Below are positions 1 to 10,635 of a stretch of DNA of 64,000 nucleotides, piece after piece. The notes beneath the pieces were generated by a model. It saw nothing but the letters and a program-made list of their open reading frames with translations. It ran no database searches and had not been told where the DNA came from. How positions within the stretch are numbered: position 1 is the first letter of the stretch; the number at the start of each line of letters is the position of its first letter. Position numbers and translations under genes: made by a program. Source of the stretch: Saccostrea cucullata (lineage: Eukaryota); assembly GCF_032062105.1 (NCBI RefSeq), contig NW_026918875.1, positions 62,001 to 126,000 of the forward strand. Direction: 5' to 3'.

Positions 1-59
1 TAAAAGACATGCTAGGGAAGTGCCTGGATTGGTGTCTTCTGAAGACTAAGACCATAAAG

Positions 60-195
60 GAGGGAGAAATGTGGTGGTCAGATGGGTTTGATGGCCAGCG
101 GCCAGATAGCTTGATAGAGCACCTGACTGGAGAGTCAGGGGGCCAAGGTTCGAATCCCGGTCTGCTCTGCTGAATTTTTCTCCTATCCAGTTACA
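60..195 (+). repeat. tRNA-derived repeat (SINE-like) in TMEM68 intron
   Basis: Degenerate A-box (gatagcttgatagagc) and B-box (ggttcgaatcc) at ~104-158; acceptor and D arms are broken. Confidence 0.55.
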
Positions 196-223
196 CAGCA
201 TTACAAAATTAACTTTAAATTAC

Positions 224-802
224 CATGCCAGATTCTTCCTTGAGCATCCCATGCTGCAGCTATGGCCGTCCTGGCTCCATCCCAAATGTCATGATGGTAA
301 GCTTCTCTGAAGTTGTGCCGGTAGTTGTACAAATGAAGAAAGAATGCTGAACAATACAGAAACAGAAGAATAAAAATTGGGAGTAAAAAAGATATGATGA
401 TTGGGTAAATGACCCAAAGCACCCAGCGCCAGTAATCAATGTCCAAGTCACTCAGTGTCTCCTGGAAACTCTCCCAGTAACCAAGGCAATATTCCCAAGT
501 CCCTGGAAAATAAGACAGATAGGAATCAATTTATTTATAGACAAGAACAACTGATTTTACAACTAATGTAATACTAAATGGAGCATATCAAGATAAATTC
601 AACCTCCTATATTAGTTTTTGGCACAACATTTCCATAGAAATTGTGCAGACATATATTTTTCATCCTTCCCGAATTTCCTCTACAATTTTAATGCCGGTA
701 AAAACGTGCACTTTACAACTCACATACATTTGTATGGTCTATAGTGTATTGTCTAGGTATGTCATTACCTTCCCACATTCCCTTGTTTACTGTCAATATC
801 AT
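224..802 (-). CDS. TMEM68: Transmembrane protein 68 (DIESL/acyltransferase-like), first two coding exons; gene continues off the left edge
   Basis: Exons 802-769 (MILTVNKGMWE) and 502-224 join in frame via GT-AG. The product has a hydrophobic TM stretch and ...YHHDIWDGARTAIAAAWDAQGRIWHG, matching the TMEM68 N-terminal motif from memory. Confidence 0.85.
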
Positions 803-1108
803 TTAGGACTTTTGCTGGACTTTTGTTAGAAAAAGAGCACTCAGGAGCATTTTATCTTATCCGGATTACGGAAGTTACTTATCAATTCTTTCTTTTATAA
901 CGCAATGTGTATTTCCAGTATATTGTTCATGAAAATTTTCATTATTTTGACAGAGAATTGAGAGAGAAGGACGATTTACCTCAGGATTTACAAGTTGTCA
1001 TTGTATTTTTTTTCAGATATGTTAAGTTTTTAAATCTATCATTTAGTAAATTTAATTGACAATGTGATAAATTCTTTTTAAAACATTTTTTTTTCATTCA
1101 CAAAGTTA
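803..1108. promoter_or_regulatory. Probable bidirectional promoter region, TMEM68/AOPEP
   Basis: Divergent ATGs only ~305 bp apart; ETS-like CCGGA/CGGAAGT motifs at ~861-875. Confidence 0.5.
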
Positions 1109-4100
1109 ATGATGAATGAGAATATTGAAAAGAGAAGAGAATATGACCTGCCACTGTCCGCAAACATATCGGAAATACACGTGCATCATTACGTAATTAA
1201 TCTGCATTGTGATCTTCAAAATCAAGTCTTTCATGGCAGTACAACTGTCTTTTTCACTCGGCGACCTGAAAGTAATCCCAAGACTGAGCAGCCCAGTGTT
1301 TCTTGTCATGTCATCTGCTCCAATAGTTCAAATTATGAAATTTGTGAAAGAGATTCCAACTCTTATAACCCAGAGAGCTCTAATGTAGTTCAGGAATCCA
1401 ATTTAACTGAGACTGTAAAAACTGATGAACCACTTTTGCATTTACCGAAATTTCATAACTCTGTTGAGTCATCATGGTCGTATCAACATGTAAGCAAAGA
1501 AACATCAGAATTGGGGAGCTCTAGTGCACATCTTGGAAAAACTCAATTTCTTGACAAAAGACCCCTCTCTGAGTCAGAAATTGGTGTGTCTCCAAACAAA
1601 CAAATGAAAAGTTCAGTTCAGGCATTTGAGAATACACAAATATTAAAAAAATTATCCAGCAAAAATTTTAACAATGAAGGTGACACTAAAATTAAGGATT
1701 TCACATTGATATTAGACTGTCATAAGTTGGAAATACAAAATGTTTCAGAAGAGAATGTGACATCAAGCATTGACTCAGAAACATTTAGTTCACCAGACTG
1801 TTTAATAAAAAATACTCGAACAACTGGCACGCCACTCAAATTTGAATTAGGAGACCAGTGTTTAAAAATTCAGGTACCTGATTGTAAAAAAGATCAAAAT
1901 GAGTTGAGGGCAATAAATATTTCATATAAAACTTTAGATGGACATTCTCTAAAATGGTCAAAAGATCAAGATGGCAAGTAAGTACATATAATAGTAAAGT
2001 TGATACTCTACAGTAGTTCTATGATCACTTTGAACAATTTAAAAACTTGCACAATGTAATATATTTTTTATATCTCTAACATTGGGTTGGTGTTCTGTAT
2101 ATATGCAACTCTTTTTAACACTGCTAGAGAATATTGAGTGGTATCACATTACAGTAAATGAATCTTTATGATGTATAAGGTGCACTAAATAATCCACACT
2201 CATGTCTGTATGTTGTATTGACTGTGTTATTGATGTTTGTAGTGACTGTGTGTACACACATGGACACTGGATCAACAACCGTTCACTGTTTCCTAGTCAA
2301 GATGTTCCTGAGGCCCTGGCGACATGGCAAGCCTTTATTTATGTACCCCAGGGAATGACTGTCATCATGAGTGGGGATCACAATCCACAGAGAAAACAAT
2401 TAGAAAACAGTAAATCTAATATTTGAATTTACATTTAATCTTAATGTTTATATATATTTCATTTCAAGGAATTTAAGAGTTAATGAAGACTGGATGAAAT
2501 TACACACAAAAAATATATCCTTCTAATATGACCAGTAATGTTTAACCCCTTCCATGGCATATACGCATTTCTACGCATCTTACTTGAAAAACGAGTTTAT
2601 TGTGTTCAAACATTCATAACTTCGTTAATACTGCAAATATCAGAATAATTCTTGTACCGTTAGAAAGAGAACATAATTACGATAAAATAATATGCAGAAA
2701 TTTTTTTTATTGGTTGTACCAGTATTTTGCTAGCTTGACTTAAACTTTGTGCACTATTCGAGCGATGTTTACTTGTACCTTAAACCCTACCCCATTTCTC
2801 TAAAATACTTTAAATTGGATTTTTAAAAAAAATGTACAACACACTCATGATTTTCAACATAACAATAAAATATTCCTAAATAAATTTAACTGAGCAAAGA
2901 AAAACCAAAATGAACATTATTTTTGGAAATTACAATTATTGTGTATTTCATTGCCATGGCAACTGAAATTATATCTTTTATAATCATTTTCAGAAGCTAA
3001 ACAATACCTACTTTCAGAATATATATACGTTGGTATGTACAATAATTACAAGAAATACCTGAAAAAAATGCTTTGAAATCTTAATATCAATTTGTCTAGA
3101 AATGCTTAAAATCTTTGCCATGGAAAGGGTTAAGAGTTTTATGTACATGTAACTGTATGAGTGTTTTCTATAGAAATGGAATGTTTTTACTTTTGGACTT
3201 CCTTTCCCATGCCAAGTTCAACTCTTTCACTTGCTGTTGGACATTGGAAAGAATGTAAAAAGCCAGAGACACCAAAGAAGTAAGACAAGATTTTGTGAAA
3301 ATCAAAATGTACCTGAGAAAGTACATTATTTTTATACATTTCTTTGACATTTCTCAAGTCAATTTTTGTGTCATTTCATAGGTAATTCTTGCATGTGTAC
3401 ATGTACCAGTAGATCCCATATAATCCACTGCACTTTTGTATTTTGAAAGACTTCAATTGAAAAATAATTCAATCATGAGTACCAGTAAACATATGGGATT
3501 TCTTGTGTCATCCCTTTCCATTTACTGTATATTTGAGATTTTTAGTAAAGTTATCTGTTATTTCGCCTAGTATATTAAGGATTTCTAGAGACTTAATCCT
3601 TCACCATGCAATGTGTATTTGGGTCTTATAGTGAAGTGATCCCTTATCGTGTGTTTGGTCCTGAGATTCTGATGACTTCAATGAATGCCATTCATCAGTA
3701 CATTCCACTGTGTCTAGAGGAGGTTACCGCTGTTCTTGGACAACATCCAATGAAAAGACAGGAAATTTTGATAGTACCAGCATCTTTTGACAGTTTAGGA
3801 ATGGCAAGGTAAAGTGTAAACCAAATGTGTTTAAATCCATAATGCATAAATATTTTATAACCTATAAAGTTATTTCTAGACAAAGGGTAATCATTACTGA
3901 TGTATAAAATTTGGTTTCAGCCCCAGTGTTCTATACTTATCCCAGTCCCTCCTACAGACAGACCTATCCATGTTTTACCGCCTCGCTCATGAGGTTTGTC
4001 ACACCTGGTTTGGTATTGTGATTGGCCCCGTGGACTGGACTGAGGAATGGCTGACAGAAGGATTCTGTACCTATTTTGAGGACATTATACACCTCAGGGT

Positions 4101-6990
4101 GCTACGAGTAAGTAAAAAGTTGAAACATTGATGATGTAAAAATGATGATGAAATTGACTTTAAAAAGGTCTTTGAAATTTCCACTTTTCAAATTTGGCAT
4201 TCTTTTTTAATTAAAGGACATTTTTAAAAAAAATACTATTAGATCATCAAAATTTTCCTTTGCCATATTCCTAAAATATCAATATCATCAAACATTAAGC
4301 CCTTCAATACATGTATAACCACATTTACAGTGTATATTGAAAGCTCTTTATTGAGTACTGTAAGACAACAATAATATTACAAGGGTTATTGATTTAATTC
4401 AACAGAGACTGGGGAGAATTTCAGAAGAGGAGGAGGATGACATCCGTGATCTGAGAGACCTCATTAAATTCCGCATCCTGACGGCTGAAATTCAGAATAC
4501 AGAAGAAACCCTTCAAACACTCAAGTGTGCAAGCATTATACATTGTATTTAACTTAATATTGGTACATTCAGATGTGATGATTTTACTGATTTTGATTAA
4601 AATGTTGGTCATAATACAGAATGTTGTATTATTCATATTCACAAAATTTTCAAATACGTATTTCTTTTCACAGACCAGATTGTACTGAGTCAGGAAGCAA
4701 CAAAACATTTGTTAAAAATGGAATGAACCCCGAGAAGAAATACTTGCAGGTTCACTACCTCAAAGTAAGTTCAGTCTTGAGTTTTAGTGTTGTTTTTTTC
4801 TTTATTTTATAAATGCTTGTCCAGCCAAACAAAAAAAATTGTCCAAACTTTAAAAGTAATGAATTTTTGTTGTCAATAAATTAGTTATGTATTATAAAGT
4901 TTATCTTATTTTTAGGGATATTTCCTACTTAGATACTTGGAAAAATTAGCTGGAACTGCGAAATTTTTAGAATGTCTCAGAAAATATGTTCAGCAGTTTC
5001 ATGGAAAACTGGTTTCCTCTCAGGTAACATTCTTTGACTTTCCAAAGAATTTGATTATCAATCTGTGTATTTAGATACATGATAAAACTATAGTGTATAT
5101 TTTACATGTGAGTGTCAAGTAATAATTGTAAAGATTATGTTTATAGGAGGTCCTGCAATTTTTTATCCATAAATGTGAAGAAATAGCGTAAGTATTATTT
5201 AAACCTACAGGCAAAGAAAGCAATATAGAAAATACATGTTTTAAATTCTCAATTTTCATCAAATGCATTATCTTTCTAACTTTGGTTTTAGTGCAACTGG
5301 GCTGACTGCTTCAGAATTGTCCTCTGTTTGGTTGGAATGCTCAGGTTTGCCATCAGTAAGTCTAATCCAGAATTTTTGATTTTTTTTTTTAAACTCTAAA
5401 TGATGAATCTTTTGACAGCATGGATTAACAGAATTTGTTTCATCATTGGTAGAGGAAAACATACTCCACTATACATTGTATATATATCATTGCCGTGTAA
5501 TTATGTACACCTTTTAAACATTAGGAAAATGTTCATTCTAAGACATAAAAATAACAAATTCTTATTTGTTTGCAGGCAGTATCAGACATGATAGAAAAAG
5601 TAAAGAAAGGAAGCAAAACTGTGCAAAATGTGAAGAGTCAGGTAAACTTGATATCCCATTGATGACCATTCAGAAAGGGAGACTTCTTCAATTTCTCTGT
5701 ACACTCTATAGCTTAAATATTATTCTTGAATAGGTTGATCTGTTTTGTGAAAGCTATAGGAAAAGAAAGTCTGAGTCTACTATAATTGCAGAATTAAAGG
5801 ATGTAAGTACGCATATAGAATTTTATTTTCATGTGCAAGAAAACATAGATTTCTGTTAACTCCATGTCTGTACAATGCAAGAAAACATTTAGTGCACTCA
5901 ACAGAGTTTAAAGATTGACTCCTTTCTTATTTTTACAGTGCAGCCCAGATGAATTGATATTATTCTTAGAATTACTTCTGGATGAAAATGAGATTCCATG
6001 GTTTGGTTTATCAAGTCTGAAGAAAAAGTATCACCTAGAAACCTGCAATGCTGAGGTTTGTCATATTGAAGTCTGTTAGTCAGTGAATTGATGAAATTAA
6101 GAGTAAAGTAAATCAAACATGGTCAAAAATTATTTTTAGACCCCAAATTTTATTTTTAAAGCTGGTCATGTTATTGATTTTGTCATTGTCCCTGTATGAG
6201 AAGGTCAAGTACAATGTATATGTTTTCAGATCAAACACAGATGGTGTGAACTCATAATAAAGTGCAGACAGAGAAGCAGTAGTTTTTACAAAGATATTCA
6301 GGACTTCCTTATAGATCATCAGGTAATGGGCCAGTGGAAAACTAATTCAGTTTTGGGGAAACAGCCTAATAGAATACTGTAATGTATTATATTTAGCTAT
6401 TTGGCAGATATTGATTTTTGAACAAGTTAGCGTAGATTTGATTTAGCGCATTTCTGAATGTTCTTATTAAAGTATATATATTTAGTGTTGTACTTGAATT
6501 AGCAGAAGTTTTTATTTTCTGCCAAAAAAGCTAAAAAGAATACAAGGCCAAATGAAATACGTTTACAGTATTTAACAGCAAGCAAAAAAGGGGACACGAC
6601 TGTAACACAAACTTGTTTTCTAATGTATATTTTATATTGTAAAACACTTAGAGGCCACAATGGTAATTGGCTCTGTGGTCTACAGTATTTTGTGGTAAAA
6701 TTATGGGAAGGGGCATGTCCTTGGTAAAATATCTTCATCCACAACAATAACAGAGGACAGGTTATCTGCATACTAAATTTTGGGATATGTTTCTTTCACA
6801 GTAAGCTCTTTATGATAAAAATATGTGATATTTTTTTCTTTAGGGCATGGGTGTTTATCTATATGGAGAAATGATGTTGAGTGGAAGAAAAGCATTAATC
6901 AATCTGGCACACAAGTGTTTTAAGCAGCTACAACAAAGTATGGGCATAGACACCTACACTGCTGTCCACAGTATGCTGTTTGGAGAATGA
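1109..6990 (+). CDS. AOPEP: Aminopeptidase O (M1 zinc metallopeptidase), multi-exon
   Basis: Exons include 1109-1977 (DLPLSAN..HYVINLHC), 2243-2409 (INNRSLFPSQ), ~3174-3280 (PMPSSTLSLAVG), 3632-3808 (SLGMA), 3921-4107 (RLAHEVCHTWFG..DWTEEWLTEGF = HEXXH-18-E), ~4674-4764 (NPEKKYLQVHYLK), ~4916-5023 and ~6843-6990 (MGVYLYGEM..MLFGE*). Some middle exon boundaries are unresolved. Confidence 0.9.
2546..3129. mobile_element. Non-autonomous piggyBac-type MITE in AOPEP intron
   Basis: 14-bp TIRs CCCCTTCCATGGCA / TGCCATGGAAAGGG, flanked on both sides by TTAA (2542-2545, 3130-3133). Confidence 0.8.
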
Positions 6991-7736
6991 CAATTTCTAT
7001 ATACATTGTATGTATGTAAACCTCAAATAAAGGAAGAAAGGGCAGCTACAATAAAGTATGGGGATAGACACTTACACCGCTATGCTGTTTGGAGAGTGAT
7101 AGTATCTATGGATAAGGCTTCCACATGTATGCTACTTTGGTTCAAGCACAGGAACTAAAAGTTTCTTGGTTGTGGTAGACAGTGCTATAACTTAGTGCTG
7201 TTTGGTACATGTAGATATCAGGATGGGGAATAATAATACATGAAATTTATCATTCCTGTATAAGAAATACTGAACTGTTTATACATGTACAAATATAAGG
7301 TATCTGACCTGTGAAAGGTGCTTGCATGCTTATCTGACTGCATGAGCAGAACTCTGTGTTAGATTCTACCTATGGAAGATTTGACAAAGTAATTTTTGTG
7401 ATATTTTAATACATTTCCAAAATATCCTATGATTCAGGTAGTATTTATTGAGTGTGTTTTCAACAGTATAGTTGAATAAAAGTGTTAAAGTAAATGCATG
7501 TGCACTGATTTTGACACAAATAAAATGAAAATTGTGAAAAATAAGATTTATTCAAAATCCTTTGAAAAACATAATTTTACAACAACAAAAAAATAACAGT
7601 CTTGTGATTTAATGTTACATTAAACATAAATCAAAAAAAAAATGCAGTTTATTTTTCAAATCATAACATTCATAGCAATATTACAATATTAATGTCAAGA
7701 GAAATGAGAAATTTTGTCCAGTCAGGAACTGGACAA

Positions 7737-10635
7737 TCAGAAGTTGTCTTCCTCCAGCCTGTAACATTTAGACAGACACAGGTTATGTTCCTCGTGGCAT
7801 ATAGAGTAGTGTTGTTCACTGACTGCATTACGTAAACAGTGGAGGAAGCCCGTCACGCAGTGTGTAGCATAGCATTCTGTATTAAAAAACAAAAATGGCC
7901 GTCACACAGTGGGTAGCATAGCATTCTGTATTACAAAAAAGTAACAAAATGGCTGTCGCACAGTGTGTAGCATAGCATTCTGTATTGCAAACAAAAGTGG
8001 CCGTCACACAATGTCTAGCATAGCATTCTGTATTACCAAAAAAAAAAAAATAATAATAACAAAAAAAAAAATATCAAAATTATATGTATAAGATTGTCAT
8101 ATTTTGTAACTTACTTTTAGAAACAATATCTGTTATTTTTAGATACATCATACATGTTCTTTTAAAAAAAGGTAAATATGTACATACTGTGAATTCTTAG
8201 AGAAGTCTCACAGTTACAACCATCTTCAGAAATTCTGTTTCCTAAAAAAAGAAAAGAGAAATGCATTGTTGACATAGATTTTGGTGACTATATTGGGTTT
8301 AAGACTTGTATATGACCACACTTAGAAGAAAATCAAATGAAACAAAATGAGAACACTTTATTGAGATGATTGGATCACCAAAGTAGACCAATATGAACTT
8401 TAATTAATCTGCCCCAGTGATTTAAATTTTCTCTTCGTAGGAGCATTATAATTGTAAGCCCATAGGCGCCAGAAGAAAATTGAAATTGGGGGTGGGGGTG
8501 GGGTAATTGGAAGTTGGGGGTGGGGGCTTAAGCAACAAAAAAAGGTAAGCCCAAAGAGCCATAGCGCATTTGATAGCCACTTTCGCCTACTCTAGTAGTG
8601 ACTTTTTAAATACATTGTTTAACCAAAATTTTGTCATACAACGTCAGTTTATACATGCCTTAAAGCAAATCACACAAAAATAATATTCAAATATTAAAAG
8701 TTCCCTCATATGATAGATATAAAAATCGTTCAGTTTATATGGAGAATATAGTAAATACTGAGGTATCCCCCTAAACAATGACAAACTGTAGCAAAAGACC
8801 ACCCTTAACCAGAAAAACAACTTCTAAATAATTTTATTTGGATACGACTGTACTTCATTACATTTAGATAATTTTGGTTAAAGGTGGTCTTCATATTGAA
8901 AATGTTGAAAATATGTATTAATTTTTCTTCTCAAAATTATTTTAAGATTCAACAATCTGTCTTAATTTTGTCCATCCGAATACAATGACTTCGTGGCGTA
9001 GAGTTATGATTGCTGGATTGTAAATAAAAGATAAAAAAAAAAGAATTGCTGGATTGTAGACATAAGGCTCACGAGTTCGAGTCTCACAGTTTATGTTTCT
9101 TATCTATGCTTTTATTCTTTTTTTCTCTGTGCATTTTTCCTATGTTTTCTTTTATTTATTTTTTATAATACATGTGTAAATAATGTAAGAGAAATATAAT
9201 ACAACATAGCACCTTGAAAGTATCTCGGTTAAAAAAAAAACAGTTCTAAACTTAGTCCGAAAAACCTGACGTTTTCCTGGCTTTTTAACGATTTTGATAT
9301 TTTACATGCCAGGAAAACGTCAGAACCGGCGCCATTACGAAAACTGGGAATTTCACCGTCTCCACCAGAAGTTGATTTTCTATAGTTGGGAACCGAATTA
9401 GATGCCGAAATCACAATTTATCAATGGCACAATGCTCCTAGAACTCACCAATATCGATGAATAGAAATTACCACTCCACATTCCGATTCAGAACTCGCAC
9501 GATTTTAAAATGCACGAAATGAAAACAAATCTCAACAGTCAGATAAAACGTGTTCATCGGATTATATTATTTCATAAACGAAACATAAAAACGATGTTGG
9601 TGAGTACTTAAGGTGTAATACTATTGATAATATGTGAATTCAGCATTTAATTCGGTTTACAATTATCGAAAATCAACCTCTGAATGCCGCCTCCGGTTGG
9701 AGGCGGCGATTTCCAGTTTTCGTAATGGCGCCAGTTCTTACATTTTCCTGGCGCGTAAAATATCAAAATCGTAAAAAAGCCAGAAAAACGTCAGATTTTT
9801 CGGACTATTCTAAACTATTTTAATGACCTAAAGTCATAGCTGCTAGCTTGTTCTATTTCTAAAATTTTCTAAAAATCTTGTTTAGAATATGAGGATTGAA
9901 GAAGTAAAATAATTGTCATGTAACAAACTTGCAACCATGAAAATATAACACTGGTCCACAAATGATTACATACATGTAGTTTGATCTTCAATTGAAAAGG
10001 TATATGTATCTATAAATAGAAACAGGTGATTTCCTTTTAAATACTTGAGTCGGCAGTGTCGTCGGTAAGGCAGCTATGGCTCTTTTCAATGTCTATATTA
10101 TATATGTGCAAATAAGTAGGGGAGGGTTCTGACCATGATGCCTATGAAGTTATAAAGATAGTTTTTTATGACCTCCTTTAAAAAACGAGAAAAAGATTAC
10201 CACTTAATTTCACAACATCGTCACCAAATGACTTCTTGCTCCACCATGCTGAAGAAAAATACAACATACATTAACAAATAAGAAAGAACACAATTAAATA
10301 AAATGTTCATCACTGCTACACATGTATATGATCCGATAATTACAGACTTACGCTATATTATACTCAAATTAATTACCTTTATATATAGTAATTATACTTA
10401 CAGTTACGTTTAGCATGTGATCCAGGGTAAAAATTGTCTTCTGATAACGTTCGTGACTCAGTTAAACCTATAAAAAGAAAAATACAATATTTCTTGTGAA
10501 TTTTATAGAATAAATAATCTTCTTTGCGGCTATATTGGGAAAGAAACTCTCATAACATGCATTAACCTTACCTATAACAAATATAGTCATTAAGGTTATA
10601 CAGGCGAGTCTTCCGGACCAAATTACACCTTTCAT
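7737..10635 (-). CDS. Unrecognised secreted Cys-rich protein / candidate neuropeptide prohormone, 123 aa
   Basis: Exons 10635-10572, 10467-10402, 10248-10201, 8241-8188 and 7876-7737, with all four introns GT-AG and phase 1, give an open frame: MKGVIWSGRLACITLMTIFVIGLTESRTLSEDNFYPGSHAKRNSWWSKKSFGDDVVKLSGNRISEDGCNCETSLRIHKCYATHCVTGFLHCLRNAVSEQHYSICHEEHNLCLSKCYRLEEDNF*. Probable 5'UTR exon near 12491-12560. Confidence 0.8.
7848..8035. repeat. 4 tandem ~50-bp copies of the last-exon splice acceptor plus exon start
   Basis: gtcacacagtgtgtagcatagcattctgtatt-like unit repeated, with acceptor positions at 7876, 7925, 7979 and 8027. Confidence 0.85.
9253..9807. mobile_element. MITE with ~95-bp TIRs and 9-bp TSD (Mutator-like signature)
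   Basis: TAGTCCGAAAAA...TTTTTCGGACTA long imperfect TIRs; TTCTAAACT duplicated at 9244-9252 and 9808-9816. Confidence 0.85.

Noticed and set aside
96-170. Functional tRNA gene
   Set aside because: D arm and acceptor stem are broken; embedded in a repeat-like context.
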